64,000 bases of DNA from an uncultured bacterium (lineage in GTDB: Bacteria > Babelota > Babeliae > Babelales > Babelaceae): positions 1 to 64,000 of the forward strand of contig OY970332.1 in assembly GCA_963717435.1 (NCBI GenBank). The letters are read 5' to 3'. Positions 38,925 to 48,995 of this stretch are shown here, piece after piece. The position numbers were made by a program, and so were the translations under genes. Every line of letters begins with the position of its first letter. Within the stretch, counting starts at the first letter, position 1. Below the pieces are notes generated by a model. It had not been told where the DNA came from. It ran no database searches and was given only the letters and a program-made list of their open reading frames with translations.

Positions 38925-39833
38925 ATGGAGAAAATGATGAAAAACAAGCTAATTTTGGCTATTTTGGCCTTAAATTCACTTAATACCCCCGTTTTTGCTT
39001 TAAAGCACTATAATAATGCTCCAACTTGGGCAAATAGGGCTTATACGGCATTTATGGGGTCATTTAAATCAAATAATAGATCAAAAATAGATGGCTTTAT
39101 GAGTAGCAAAGAATATAAAGAGCTAAAAAACAGCTTAGAAAACTCGCTTAAAGCCAATAGTAACTATAGTGAGAATAGACTTTTGAATGGTAACATTAAG
39201 ATTGATCTTCCAGTATTAGCTTTTGCAAAGTCTTTAAAAGCTAAACTTTCTCAAAGAACTACTATGGTTAAAGACCTGAAATCTACTGATAAATTACTAA
39301 TTGATCAGGTTGAAATGGCTACCGTTAATAATTCCGGCTATTTTGAGGTACTTAAAGTTTATAATTTACACCAAGTTTTTTTATATACTCTTGATAACTT
39401 GACTAAAGAACAGTTGGAAATAATTGAGATGGCAAACAAACTAGGTGATATATTAAATAATATGATGTTTATAGAATGTGCGTTTAGAGCAAAAACTAAC
39501 GATCTATTAGCAAAAAATCCAAATTCATTTGAACCATTTGAAACTGAATATAATAAAATTAAATTTTCTGTATTAATGCAAAAATTGAGAGACGAAGAAC
39601 GAGCTGCATCAAAATTTGCCAATACTAACAGTAATGCAAGTTGGGTAGAATGTGAAAAAATGGTGCCAAATTTCAGGCTTTTTGTACAAGCATTAGAAAT
39701 TAAATTAACTTATGAAGAAGAAGTTATAAGAAAATTTAATCTTGGAGCATCTAATGGCTTAGGGTACTATAAATACGCTATGAGCTTTTTTAGTATGCCC
39801 CATGTTCTTAAAAGGCTAGGCTTTGACAACTAA
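38925..39833 (+). CDS. Secreted hypothetical protein, paralog of 40837..41727
   Basis: Shared EYKELK..LE.SLKAN.NY, GYFE.LK.YNLH, LMQKLRDEE and TYEEE blocks. Confidence 0.75.
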   Translation: MEKMMKNKLILAILALNSLNTPVFALKHYNNAPTWANRAYTAFMGSFKSNNRSKIDGFMSSKEYKELKNSLENSLKANSNYSENRLLNGNIKIDLPVLAFAKSLKAKLSQRTTMVKDLKSTDKLLIDQVEMATVNNSGYFEVLKVYNLHQVFLYTLDNLTKEQLEIIEMANKLGDILNNMMFIECAFRAKTNDLLAKNPNSFEPFETEYNKIKFSVLMQKLRDEERAASKFANTNSNASWVECEKMVPNFRLFVQALEIKLTYEEEVIRKFNLGASNGLGYYKYAMSFFSMPHVLKRLGFDN

Positions 39834-39843
39834 GAGGTAATTT

Positions 39844-40448
39844 ATGATGAAAAAAATAATACTGTTTTTAGTCACTTTAATTCCTGTAGTTAATAGCTTT
39901 GCTTTGGATGAAGCTGAAGCTAAATTTGTGCAAAATCAACAAGTTAATAAGCCGAAATCTGAAATTAAGCAAGAAAAACAATCAGAAATAAACACAGAAA
40001 ACAAGCCCGGCTCTTTGGGTTCTTACTTTAAGGAAAAATTACACCAGATTCGTAATAATCCTAAAATAGTTCCGGTACAATTGCAGCAGCAATTATTATT
40101 GTTATAGGAACTCTTTATACTATCAATAAGTTTAAGAAAGAACCTGAAAAGAACAAATTACGTCATAGTAAAAATCTTTTAGATTTCATAAGAAATTACT
40201 ATGAAGATACTTTTATGAAAACAGATGATCAGTTTCTTGATTATTGGGTAACAAAAAATAAACACAAGTTGGATGCTTTCGCGATTACGGAATATAAAAT
40301 TTTAGCTACGAAGTTGAAAGCAAATAAAGCTAAAGAGGATTTTCAAATAATGTGCGCGCAAATGAGTGGGGACTATACAATGAAGATTGAGCAAGTCAGA
40401 GCGCGTATGGCGGCACAAAATAATATTAACCAACAGGGACATATATGA
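39844..40448 (+). CDS. Secreted protein with one TM segment; frameshift near 40070
   Basis: Adding one T gives VSGTIAAAIIIVIGTLYTINK, in frame with 40215..40448. Confidence 0.65.
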
Positions 40449-40792
40449 AATTGAATTTTAAATTATTATCACTACTTTTTGTATTTGCAGCACTAAATAT
40501 TGATGCTCAAGAAACAAAAAACAATGTTTCAAAATACAAATATAGCCCTAAAAAAATTGAAGCATCATCTAAAGAAAATAATCAAGATGATGCGATATTC
40601 AGTAAAGAAAAATTATTAAATTGGATGAAAAACCACAAAAAGACAACTGCTTTAATAGTTGCCTCGCCGGTTATAATCTACGGTCTAAACAAGCTTAAAA
40701 AAGAGATTATTAGAGAAGCAAACGCAGCAGTACCTTTGATATATTTTTTAGCAATAATAGAATGGATTAATAACGGTTATAGATTTAAATAA
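40445..40792 (+). CDS. Secreted or membrane hypothetical protein
   Basis: ATGA overlap with the upstream gene; signal peptide; hydrophobic segments. Confidence 0.65.
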   Translation: MKLNFKLLSLLFVFAALNIDAQETKNNVSKYKYSPKKIEASSKENNQDDAIFSKEKLLNWMKNHKKTTALIVASPVIIYGLNKLKKEIIREANAAVPLIYFLAIIEWINNGYRFK

Positions 40793-40836
40793 AATTTAAA
40801 TTAAAATTAGAAAACATTTAACAAAAGAAATAAATT

Positions 40837-41727
40837 ATGAAAAATAACCTATTTTTAGCCATATCAATGGCCTTAAATCTAACTATATTGCCTGTATTTG
40901 CTCTTGATAATAATAAGCTGCCTGAAATTGCAGATAAAGCTTATTGGGCCTATATCCAGTTTTGTAAGGTGTCCAGTAACAGAGCTATAGATCCCTTCAA
41001 GAATTCTAGCGAATATAAAGAACTTAAGGGGATGCTTGAGGATTCTCTTAAGGCTAATAATAATTATAAGATTAACAGACTATTAAACAGCGATATTAAA
41101 ATGCCAGAGCAGTTGTTAACATTTGGCAAGCTATTAAAGGCTAAGCTTTCTGATAAAACCCAAATGCTTAAAGATTGTGAGTCTACTAATCCATGGACAA
41201 CTAGCACGATTAACAGGGCGTCATTTAATAATTATGGATATTTTGAGGCACTTAAGGCTTACAATTTACACGCACTCTTCTTTTATACTTTAGGTGATTT
41301 AACACAAGAACAAAAAGATGTTATTGAGATGGCATATAAATTGGGAGATCTTTTCACTGTGTTACTAATTGAAGGATGTCAATATCTGAGTGGTGTTGAA
41401 TTAAACACTAAATTAATAACAGAAGAAGAGTGTAGAAAACAGCATGAAGAGATCAAAAACTCGCCATTAATGCAAAAATTAAGAGATGAAGAATTAGCAG
41501 GAATAAAATTAAATTCTAGTTGGTTCAAGGCTGAATCAGTTGCGCCTAATTTAAGACTGTTTATTCAGGCATTTGATATTGCAATAACTTATGAAGAAGA
41601 GATATTCAGAAAATATAATCTTAACGGACCTGTTGCCAGGGTTTATAGCTGGCAAATAAAAAAAGAATTCCATTTTGCTAATGTTGTGCTTCAAAGATTA
41701 GGCTATCTTACAAATTTGATGTTATAG
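40837..41727 (+). CDS. Secreted hypothetical protein, paralog of 38925..39833
   Basis: Colinear similarity along the whole length. Confidence 0.75.
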   Translation: MKNNLFLAISMALNLTILPVFALDNNKLPEIADKAYWAYIQFCKVSSNRAIDPFKNSSEYKELKGMLEDSLKANNNYKINRLLNSDIKMPEQLLTFGKLLKAKLSDKTQMLKDCESTNPWTTSTINRASFNNYGYFEALKAYNLHALFFYTLGDLTQEQKDVIEMAYKLGDLFTVLLIEGCQYLSGVELNTKLITEEECRKQHEEIKNSPLMQKLRDEELAGIKLNSSWFKAESVAPNLRLFIQAFDIAITYEEEIFRKYNLNGPVARVYSWQIKKEFHFANVVLQRLGYLTNLML

Positions 41728-41747
41728 CTATGCGTATAGAATCATTT

Positions 41748-42497
41748 ATGATGAAAAAAATAATATTGTTATTAATTACTCTAACAAGCATTTGTAATAG
41801 TTTTTCTGAAGATTTATTATTTAAGCCTACAAAAGTAAAATATCACATTGCAGAAGAATTAAAGTTGAAAGAAGAATATATACAGGCAATTATTGATAAT
41901 AATTTCGATAAAATAAAAGAGTTTATTGAAAGAAAACTTTGTCTTAGCAAAGATTATACTCTGCAAAAACCCAAGAGAACCCCAGAACAAGCGCAGCTGG
42001 AAAAAGATTTTGCTAAATTGATTTATGGTTATGATTTTGATGTAAATACAGTCAAAGAATTTATCAAAAATCATAAACTGATTCCTGAAGCACAATATAT
42101 TATGTTTAATGGCGATACCTGCTTGAAAGAACATCTTAAGTTTTTGAAAAAAGCTAATAAAATATCAAATGCTGCTCTTGCAGAAATCAGAAATAATAAA
42201 CTTGGGATAGCCTTTTTGACGATTGTGACACCAATTTGTTTATATATGGGTTGTGATACAATCAAAGCTATGATTAAAGAAAAAAAGTTTTTTGATCACC
42301 TTCCTGCATTTACTGGATCTTTTGTATTCTTGTATTGTGATGCTTTATTTGGTTATAAATGGTATAAAGGTGACTTAGTTATCAATAAACCAAAAGAACC
42401 AATCTTAGAAGTTAAGAAAGTTATCGAAACTAAAATTAATCGACTTAAAGAAATTGAAGCTTTTTTGAATCAAGAATTTAAGCAAGCGCCTAATTAA
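41748..42497 (+). CDS. Secreted protein with a two-TM hairpin
   Basis: Signal MMKKIILLLITL; two hydrophobic helices. Confidence 0.7.
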   Translation: MMKKIILLLITLTSICNSFSEDLLFKPTKVKYHIAEELKLKEEYIQAIIDNNFDKIKEFIERKLCLSKDYTLQKPKRTPEQAQLEKDFAKLIYGYDFDVNTVKEFIKNHKLIPEAQYIMFNGDTCLKEHLKFLKKANKISNAALAEIRNNKLGIAFLTIVTPICLYMGCDTIKAMIKEKKFFDHLPAFTGSFVFLYCDALFGYKWYKGDLVINKPKEPILEVKKVIETKINRLKEIEAFLNQEFKQAPN

Positions 42498-42530
42498 CAG
42501 TTTTGCACAATACATGAAAAAATAGATTTT

Positions 42531-42558
42531 GATCCGCTTAATCGCGGGTCTTTTTTTT
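42531..42558 (+). terminator. Intrinsic terminator
   Basis: GATCCGC-loop-GCGGGTC followed by T8. Confidence 0.7.
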
Positions 42559-42678
42559 ATAAACTCTTACAAGATAATTGAGATAACTGAAATATAATAA
42601 AAGCTTTACTTTTATATTTTTATTTTGTTAATTTAATTTTAGTCGAGTAAAAAAACCAAAAAAAGAGGAAGAGTTTTT

Positions 42679-44115
42679 ATGAAGAAATTATCTTTATTGC
42701 TTGCACTTTCTGTTGCAAATGCAGCGAATATCTCTGCTGCAAGCCACACGTTTTTGTCTCCAAGACAAATAACCACAGATCCAACTTATGAACTTGCGCT
42801 AACAGATTATAATATTTATCACGCACATGATGATAAAAGATTTCAGTTGTATATAAAGCCGTTTTATCAACAATCAACACAAGAAAAAAAGATCGCTGAA
42901 TATTTCTTGCCAAACAATAAATCTTTCGCAAACGTTTCTGAAGCAGGAACAGGGGATATCGACCCATTATGGTTCAATGTTATCTCAGCAACAGGGACAT
43001 CTTATAGTTCTAATATGACATTCAGACCTGTTCACAGAGCATTTGGTGGCGTAATAACATTTTATGCTGATTTAGACTGCCTGTGCAGCAGCTTTAACAG
43101 ATTCTGGTTGTTAATTAACACAGCTGCTATGGGCGTTGAAAACAAAGTTAACGTATGTGAATCTAATTCGTCTTTTGTAGGGACAATAACTGGCTTTACA
43201 AATATGGCTCAAGGGTTAGACAACCCTGCGTTCTGTTACGGCAAAGTTAGCTGCAAAGCTCAAAAGAAGGGCGGGCTTGATGATATTCAAGTTAAGCTAG
43301 GATATAACGCATATCTTTGTGATAACGAAGCTGGCCATATTGCGCCATACTTTGTGTTCACTATCCCAACAGGAACAGGACCTAAAGATCATTATCTTTT
43401 TGAGCCGCTTGTTGGATCAAAACATGCAAGTGCCGGTGTTGGTTTAAATGCTGATTATGTATTCTGTGATTCAGGTGATAATCACTTTTCAGTTCTTGGC
43501 GATTTGAAATACCGCTATGTATTTAAAGCAAAAGAAAAAAGATCATTTGATCTTTTGAACAATGGTGACTGGTCACGTTATCTTTTAGTTGTGACACCGG
43601 ATCAACCATTAAATAGCTTGCCTGGTATTAATTACTTTACCCAGTGTGCTGAAGTAACCCCAAAGAGCACAATCGATTTCTGGTTAGCAGGACACTACGC
43701 TCGCTGCAATTGGGATGTTGAATTTGGTTATACACTGTGGTGGAGACAAAGAGAAAAAGTTGCTCTTAAATGCAAAAATGCTTCACTTGGAGTTGGAATC
43801 TATGACCTGGGACAAGTTGGTTCACAAATTATCTCAAGCGCGAGCCAAGCAGAAATCTTCGAATCTATTGCAAATAACTCAGTTCCAACTGACGGGCCGT
43901 TTGTAACAGAAACAACAGCAAATCTTAATCTTTGTTCAGCAGAACAACCAGCTGCGCTATCAAACAAAATCTATCTTGCTGGTGCTTGGCATCATGACTC
44001 ATTCTGCAACAACCATCCGTTACTTTTAGGTCTTGGTGGATCTTATGAGTTTGGATCTAAGTGCAGCGCGTTGAGCAACTGGGGCGTTTGGTTTACCGCT
44101 GGTATAGATTTTTAA
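42679..44115 (+). CDS. Outer-membrane beta-barrel protein, Cys-rich
   Basis: Signal peptide; alternating amphipathic strands; C-terminal beta-signal VWFTAGIDF; 13 Cys. Confidence 0.75.
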   Translation: MKKLSLLLALSVANAANISAASHTFLSPRQITTDPTYELALTDYNIYHAHDDKRFQLYIKPFYQQSTQEKKIAEYFLPNNKSFANVSEAGTGDIDPLWFNVISATGTSYSSNMTFRPVHRAFGGVITFYADLDCLCSSFNRFWLLINTAAMGVENKVNVCESNSSFVGTITGFTNMAQGLDNPAFCYGKVSCKAQKKGGLDDIQVKLGYNAYLCDNEAGHIAPYFVFTIPTGTGPKDHYLFEPLVGSKHASAGVGLNADYVFCDSGDNHFSVLGDLKYRYVFKAKEKRSFDLLNNGDWSRYLLVVTPDQPLNSLPGINYFTQCAEVTPKSTIDFWLAGHYARCNWDVEFGYTLWWRQREKVALKCKNASLGVGIYDLGQVGSQIISSASQAEIFESIANNSVPTDGPFVTETTANLNLCSAEQPAALSNKIYLAGAWHHDSFCNNHPLLLGLGGSYEFGSKCSALSNWGVWFTAGIDF

Positions 44116-44154
44116 AGCTTATAACTTAGTTATTAATAATAACTATAATAAATT

Positions 44155-44180
44155 GGGCCCGACAAAATCGGGCCCTTTTT
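44155..44180 (+). terminator. Intrinsic terminator
   Basis: GGGCCCGA-CAAAA-TCGGGCCC followed by a T-tract. Confidence 0.8.
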
Positions 44181-44205
44181 ATTACAAAATTTGTCCTAAA
44201 ATTAA

Positions 44206-44309
44206 CTCGCTCGTGGTGAGTGCCCGGCACCCTTCGATACATTTTTCTCACTCTGTTCGAAAAACACTCAGGGCGAGCGCGGGATCGAGTGACGGGTGTA
44301 TCGAACCAT
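44206..44309. repeat. REP-like element with a second copy nested in the opposite orientation
   Basis: Outer CGCTCGTGGTGAGTG...TGTATCGAACC; inner CCCTTCGATAC...ACTCAGGGCGAGCG. Confidence 0.85.
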
Positions 44310-44327
44310 AAAAAAATTACTTTTCGG

Positions 44328-45416
44328 TTAAGCTCTAATTCTATCACTACTATCGATAATATTATCTTGCATGTCCATAGAAATTGTAACAGATTTTTTG
44401 GAACTTAAATTAAGTTTATTTAACTCAGCTTTTTGCAACTGAAAGTTTGCGTGGGGTCGATAGTAAACTATTTTATTTCTCATGTCTATCGCACTTGTCC
44501 AAAGTGTAAACTCACTAGTAGTTGACGTGCCAGACTTATCAATAACTGAACCTAACGGGATATCGAAATTATTGAGTATACGAAACGCGTGATAAACTGC
44601 ATCAAGTTCTGTTTTTAATTTAGGTGCGGACTGACTAAAATAAACTGCGCGAACAAATCTTGAAGGTGGCGTAAAATCTCCCGGAAGACCCAGCATACCC
44701 GAACCCTGACCCAACTGCGAAATAGTGACCCCGCCCAAAACTTTGCTTTTTGAATTTATTGGCGAAAGATTTATGTAATTTCTCAAATTTGTCATGTGCC
44801 AATCAAAGCCCGGAGAATTTGTTATAACCCCAAGTGGATTATCATGAATATTAAGTTTGCCGTTAATATATTCTATAACTATAGATTTTCCATAACTATC
44901 ATGAACAATCAAATGGGCCGGTGGATTTTCTCCCATCCCAGGAAATTCTGTTTTTGAAACATATATTTTTTTAAGTTCTTTTTTTACTTCTTCTGTTGTT
45001 TTAAAACTTGTTAAGATCCAAGTTAATAATGACCACATCGGGATAGATTTACTGTAATTTTCTACTGTTACATCTTGATATTGCGCAAAATCTGGGAAAT
45101 AAAATAATCCACCAGCCAGACCTGCGCTGTTTACACCGTCAACAAAGTTTTCTGAATCGAATGCATTTATTCCCAGCACCGGATATTTCGATGTCCATTT
45201 TAGGCCCTGCGGCTTTTGATCGGGAGATATTGCGACTAGATTATAATTTTTCGGTACAAATAAAATTTTTGATTTCAAATCGAGCCCAAATTCTAAAGTA
45301 CGCGCGTAAATACAGCTATTATTTGTAGTTTTTAGCAAAATCCCAGTACAAGCAAATATATTTGTAAACAAACTCGAAACTAAAAAAGCATAAAAAATAT
45401 TTTTGATTTTTTTCAT
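44328..45416 (-). CDS. Choloylglycine hydrolase / penicillin V acylase family Ntn hydrolase
   Basis: Signal peptide then nucleophile CT; ARTLEF, DGVN..GL, TNSP, GLPGDFTPPSRFVRA. Confidence 0.92.
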   Translation of the reverse strand: MKKIKNIFYAFLVSSLFTNIFACTGILLKTTNNSCIYARTLEFGLDLKSKILFVPKNYNLVAISPDQKPQGLKWTSKYPVLGINAFDSENFVDGVNSAGLAGGLFYFPDFAQYQDVTVENYSKSIPMWSLLTWILTSFKTTEEVKKELKKIYVSKTEFPGMGENPPAHLIVHDSYGKSIVIEYINGKLNIHDNPLGVITNSPGFDWHMTNLRNYINLSPINSKSKVLGGVTISQLGQGSGMLGLPGDFTPPSRFVRAVYFSQSAPKLKTELDAVYHAFRILNNFDIPLGSVIDKSGTSTTSEFTLWTSAIDMRNKIVYYRPHANFQLQKAELNKLNLSSKKSVTISMDMQDNIIDSSDRIRA

Positions 45417-45562
45417 AAAACTCCCAGATTTATTAAAATTAAATTTTGTTAACTAAAAAATATATATTTATCAAGATAACTGCAACAGTTTTTACTTTAA
45501 AGATTTGTAGGTTTATAATTATTAGTAGTTAAAATATTAATAATCGAAAGAGAAATAACAAT

Positions 45563-46495
45563 ATGTCAAAATTAACAACACTTCTGAAAAATATATTTTT
45601 TATATTACTTATATTACAGTTTACGCCCCCTATAATTCAAAACTTGATAGACAGATATAACAAGCTTTATGAGAACAAAACCCAAGTTGGCGTTATCGAA
45701 ATTAAGGGCGGGCTATACAGCGCCAAAAAACATGTAAAGCATATAAAAGAGTTTTTTGAAAACAAAGACATAAAAGCGATACTTTTAAAAGTTGAATGCC
45801 CAGGCGGCGCGGCAGGAACATCGCAGGCGATATATAGCGAAATTCTGGCGCTAAAAGAAAAAAATGGCACAAAGCCTGTTGTTGCACTTGTTGAAAATAT
45901 ATGCGCATCTGGTGGATATTACGTTGCGGCAGCTGCCGATTATATTGTTGCAAGCCCTTCGGCTATGGTTGGAAGTATAGGCGTTTATATAGCGCACCCG
46001 CAGTTTAAAGATTTTATTGAACAGTTTAAAGTTAAGTATACAGTAACAAAATCTGGTTTATATAAAACTGCAGGTGACCCACTGACAGAACTTACAGACG
46101 AAGCAAAAGCAATGTTCCAGAATTTAACAAACGACGTTTACAATCAGTTTGTTAACGACATAAAAGCAAGAAGATCTAAGCTTGCTGCAATAGATGAAAA
46201 ATCATGGGCAGAGGGACGAGTATTTACAGGCAACGAGGCATTTAGGCTTGGCTTAATAGATGAAGTCGGATCTTATAGCAATGCAGTGAAAGCAATAAAA
46301 GACAAAGCTATAATTGAAGGCGAAATCGAATGGGTAAAACCACCGAAGAAGAGCAATATTTGGAAAGTATTGGTTGGCGATGATGAAAATGGTGGTGAGA
46401 CAAAATCTCTTAGTGATAGATTTATCTCAAGTCTGGTAAATAAGTTTATTAATCAGTCTGGAGCTGAAGAGACATCGCCACGTTGTAATATATAA
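45563..46495 (+). CDS. sppA: Signal peptide peptidase SppA (S49)
   Basis: CPGG, ASGGYY, GSIGV, SGLYK, GRVFTG..A..LGLID. Confidence 0.92.
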   Translation: MSKLTTLLKNIFFILLILQFTPPIIQNLIDRYNKLYENKTQVGVIEIKGGLYSAKKHVKHIKEFFENKDIKAILLKVECPGGAAGTSQAIYSEILALKEKNGTKPVVALVENICASGGYYVAAAADYIVASPSAMVGSIGVYIAHPQFKDFIEQFKVKYTVTKSGLYKTAGDPLTELTDEAKAMFQNLTNDVYNQFVNDIKARRSKLAAIDEKSWAEGRVFTGNEAFRLGLIDEVGSYSNAVKAIKDKAIIEGEIEWVKPPKKSNIWKVLVGDDENGGETKSLSDRFISSLVNKFINQSGAEETSPRCNI

Positions 46496-47283
46496 CAGTA
46501 ATCTATTTTTGAAAGTTCTATTTCGGGCTCGACGGTAATTAAGTAATTTAAGCCGGAGAGCCTGAAATCTTTTATTTTGCCCAACGAAAACCCCTGCGGA
46601 AAAACTGTCCCTTCACCAGAAGATACAACTGAATCACCTATATTTATTTTTTCAAGATGGCTCACAAAATTAAGATTTATATTTTTAGAGTCGCCGTAGC
46701 CCTCACAAATACCCTTAGCGCTTGTGTTATTTGGGCTGATCACTAGCGCAGACACTTTGCAAAATTTATCGGTAATTAAAGTAACTTTGGACCAGTTTGG
46801 GTAAACTTCTGTTATTTTGCCGATTAAGAAATTTTTATATACAACTGCCATATCTGGCTCTATCCCAGATTTGCTGCCCAAGGAGACTAGAAAAAATTGG
46901 GAGTTCTCAGAAAAATTTTTTTGAATAATTTGCGATAATTTAAAGTTTAAATTTGTATATTGCTTTGAAAAATCTATAATCTCTCTTGTTTGTTCAACAA
47001 AACTTAGTGTAGATTTTAATGCGATATTTTCGTTTTTTAAAGTCCCACACTCTTGAATATATTGCTCAAGCTCATGGACAAGCTCTCTATAATTTTTTTT
47101 ACGCTCAAAATAAGAAGTTATAGATCCAGAAATTTTATTTTGAATAACAATAAATGGATATGCAAAATTTGAAGCTATATTTTTTAGCGAAGATAAATCA
47201 GAAAATCTAGACGCAATTAAAATAAAAAAGAGCGCTGATACTAAAATTAAATAATTCAGCGCTCTTTTATTAACTATCTCCAT
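46453..47283 (-). CDS. mreC: Rod shape-determining protein MreC
   Basis: N-terminal TM plus coiled coil; G...G...M.V, LIGKI, V.LITD, GD.V.SSG...VFP.G...G. Confidence 0.85.
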   Translation of the reverse strand: MEIVNKRALNYLILVSALFFILIASRFSDLSSLKNIASNFAYPFIVIQNKISGSITSYFERKKNYRELVHELEQYIQECGTLKNENIALKSTLSFVEQTREIIDFSKQYTNLNFKLSQIIQKNFSENSQFFLVSLGSKSGIEPDMAVVYKNFLIGKITEVYPNWSKVTLITDKFCKVSALVISPNNTSAKGICEGYGDSKNINLNFVSHLEKINIGDSVVSSGEGTVFPQGFSLGKIKDFRLSGLNYLITVEPEIELSKIDYCYILQRGDVSSAPD

Positions 47284-47313
47284 AATTTATTTATTACTTT
47301 AAATATTTATAAT

Positions 47314-47796
47314 TTAAAATGGAAGCTCATCTTCAAATGGGGGCTCGTCTTTAAACGCAGCTGCACCAGCCGCAGAATTACTGCCAACTCCTGACAAACT
47401 AGAAGCGCCTGAGAAGCTCTCAGAATCTAGCGTTGCACCAGAAGTTCTATCAGCTTGTGCACCATTACCTGAGCCCAAGAAAACAACTTTATCTGCAACA
47501 ATGGAGTGCTTGCTGCGCGCTACGCCATCATTATCTTTCCAATTGCCAAATTTTAGATGACCTTCCACAAGAACCGGTTTACCTTTTTGCAGATACTGCT
47601 TGCAGCTTTCTGCCTGTGCGCCCCAAACGTCGACGTCTATAAAACAAACTTCTTGGACCATTGCGCCCGTTTGTCTATTCTTAAATTGCCTATTTGCTGC
47701 GACGCCAAGTCTGCATACTTGACCGTTACCTAGCTGCTTTAACTCCGGATCTCTTGTAAGATTTCCTATCATGATGATACGGTTATACCCCGCCAT
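47314..47796 (-). CDS. ssb: Single-stranded DNA-binding protein
   Basis: IGNLTRDPEL, KGKPVLVEG, C-terminal EDELPF. Confidence 0.97.
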   Translation of the reverse strand: MAGYNRIIMIGNLTRDPELKQLGNGQVCRLGVAANRQFKNRQTGAMVQEVCFIDVDVWGAQAESCKQYLQKGKPVLVEGHLKFGNWKDNDGVARSKHSIVADKVVFLGSGNGAQADRTSGATLDSESFSGASSLSGVGSNSAAGAAAFKDEPPFEDELPF

Positions 47797-47850
47797 TTTG
47801 GACCTTTCAGTATTTACTAAAGTTATTTATTAATTTTTTGTAATTTTTTA

Positions 47851-47897
47851 CCCGCTCGTGGTGAGTGTTTTTGCGTAGAAAAAATGTATCGAACATA
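47851..47897. repeat. Single REP-like element
   Basis: CCCGCTCGTGGTGAGTGTTTTT...AAAAAATGTATCGAAC. Confidence 0.8.
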
Positions 47898-47935
47898 AAA
47901 AATTTTCTTGATAATTAAAAAAATATACTTAAAAA

Positions 47936-48381
47936 CTAATTTATACAACCAGATTTGAAAAATTTCTTTGTTTCGTTAAGTTTTTCAAGCTCAATTTGCC
48001 ACTCGCAACTTATTTTTTCGATATCTTCTAAGCACTTTTGTAGCTCTTTTGCGTTCCCGTTATAAATTTTGCTACTTTTATCTTGTTCGACAAGATCTTG
48101 AATTTCTCTGAATATAGTTTGGCAGATTTGGGAATTAAGTTCCATTTTTTTGTGAAGCATTTGCATGAGATCTGCCAGTTCGTTGCCTATATTTTCTTTA
48201 AGTTTTTTTGTATTTTTTTCTGGTTTCTTTTTAGGTTTGGCCAAATAACTTTCTTTGACCCAGCCGCAGCCTGAGAATAGGGCTCGCAAGCTGATTCAAC
48301 AGAATTATTAGTTTTTAAAGATAAATATGTGACTATAACTACACAGAAAAAAATTAACGATACGAATCTTTTGCGAACCAT
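47936..48381 (-). CDS. Membrane-anchored coiled-coil protein; frameshift near 48250
   Basis: Adding one A joins MVRKRFVSLIFF... to YLAKPKKKPEK... Confidence 0.6.
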
Positions 48382-48995
48382 AATTTGAAACCCTTGTAAC
48401 CAATATGTAGATATTGCAAGAACGAACTGACAACAAGAAGTATAACAACAAAAAATAGTAACGAGTAGGTTTTTACTGGGGCCCAGTTAAAAAACATGCA
48501 CAAAAATATCCAGTTAATAAAAACAGACTGTGCAAATGTTGTGAATTTGCCAAAAAATGTTGGCTTGACGGGAATTAAACTAGCAAAAATCCCAAGATAA
48601 GAGATTCCTAAAAGTATAGAAAGTTCCCGAAATAGCACAAAATAAACAAACCATAACGGGATCTTCAAAAATGGAATTTTTATAAAAGCCAAAGTTGCAT
48701 AACATGAGACCATTAAAATTTTGTCGGCAATTGGATCAAGACATGCGCCCAAAAAAGTTTCTTGATTAAGTAATCTTGCAAAAAGACCATCAAGAAGATC
48801 TGTTAGCATCGCTATAAAAAAAATTATTGAGGCAAGCCCCCAATAACCAAACAACATGGCGCCGATAACTACTGGCGTTAAAATTATTCTTAATAAAGTA
48901 AATAACGTGGCTATAGTAATTTCACGAGTTATTTCCTGTGTTTTTTCTCTAGAAGTTATATTTCTAGCAAGTTTTTTAAAAATATTAATTAACAA
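48354..48995 (-). CDS. CDP-alcohol phosphatidyltransferase (PgsA-like)
   Basis: TLLRI, TDLLDG.FAR...T..G..LDPIADK, RE, GK..TF.Q; start uncertain. Confidence 0.9.
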   Translation of the reverse strand: MLINIFKKLARNITSREKTQEITREITIATLFTLLRIILTPVVIGAMLFGYWGLASIIFFIAMLTDLLDGLFARLLNQETFLGACLDPIADKILMVSCYATLAFIKIPFLKIPLWFVYFVLFRELSILLGISYLGIFASLIPVKPTFFGKFTTFAQSVFINWIFLCMFFNWAPVKTYSLLFFVVILLVVSSFLQYLHIGYKGFKLWFAKDSYR

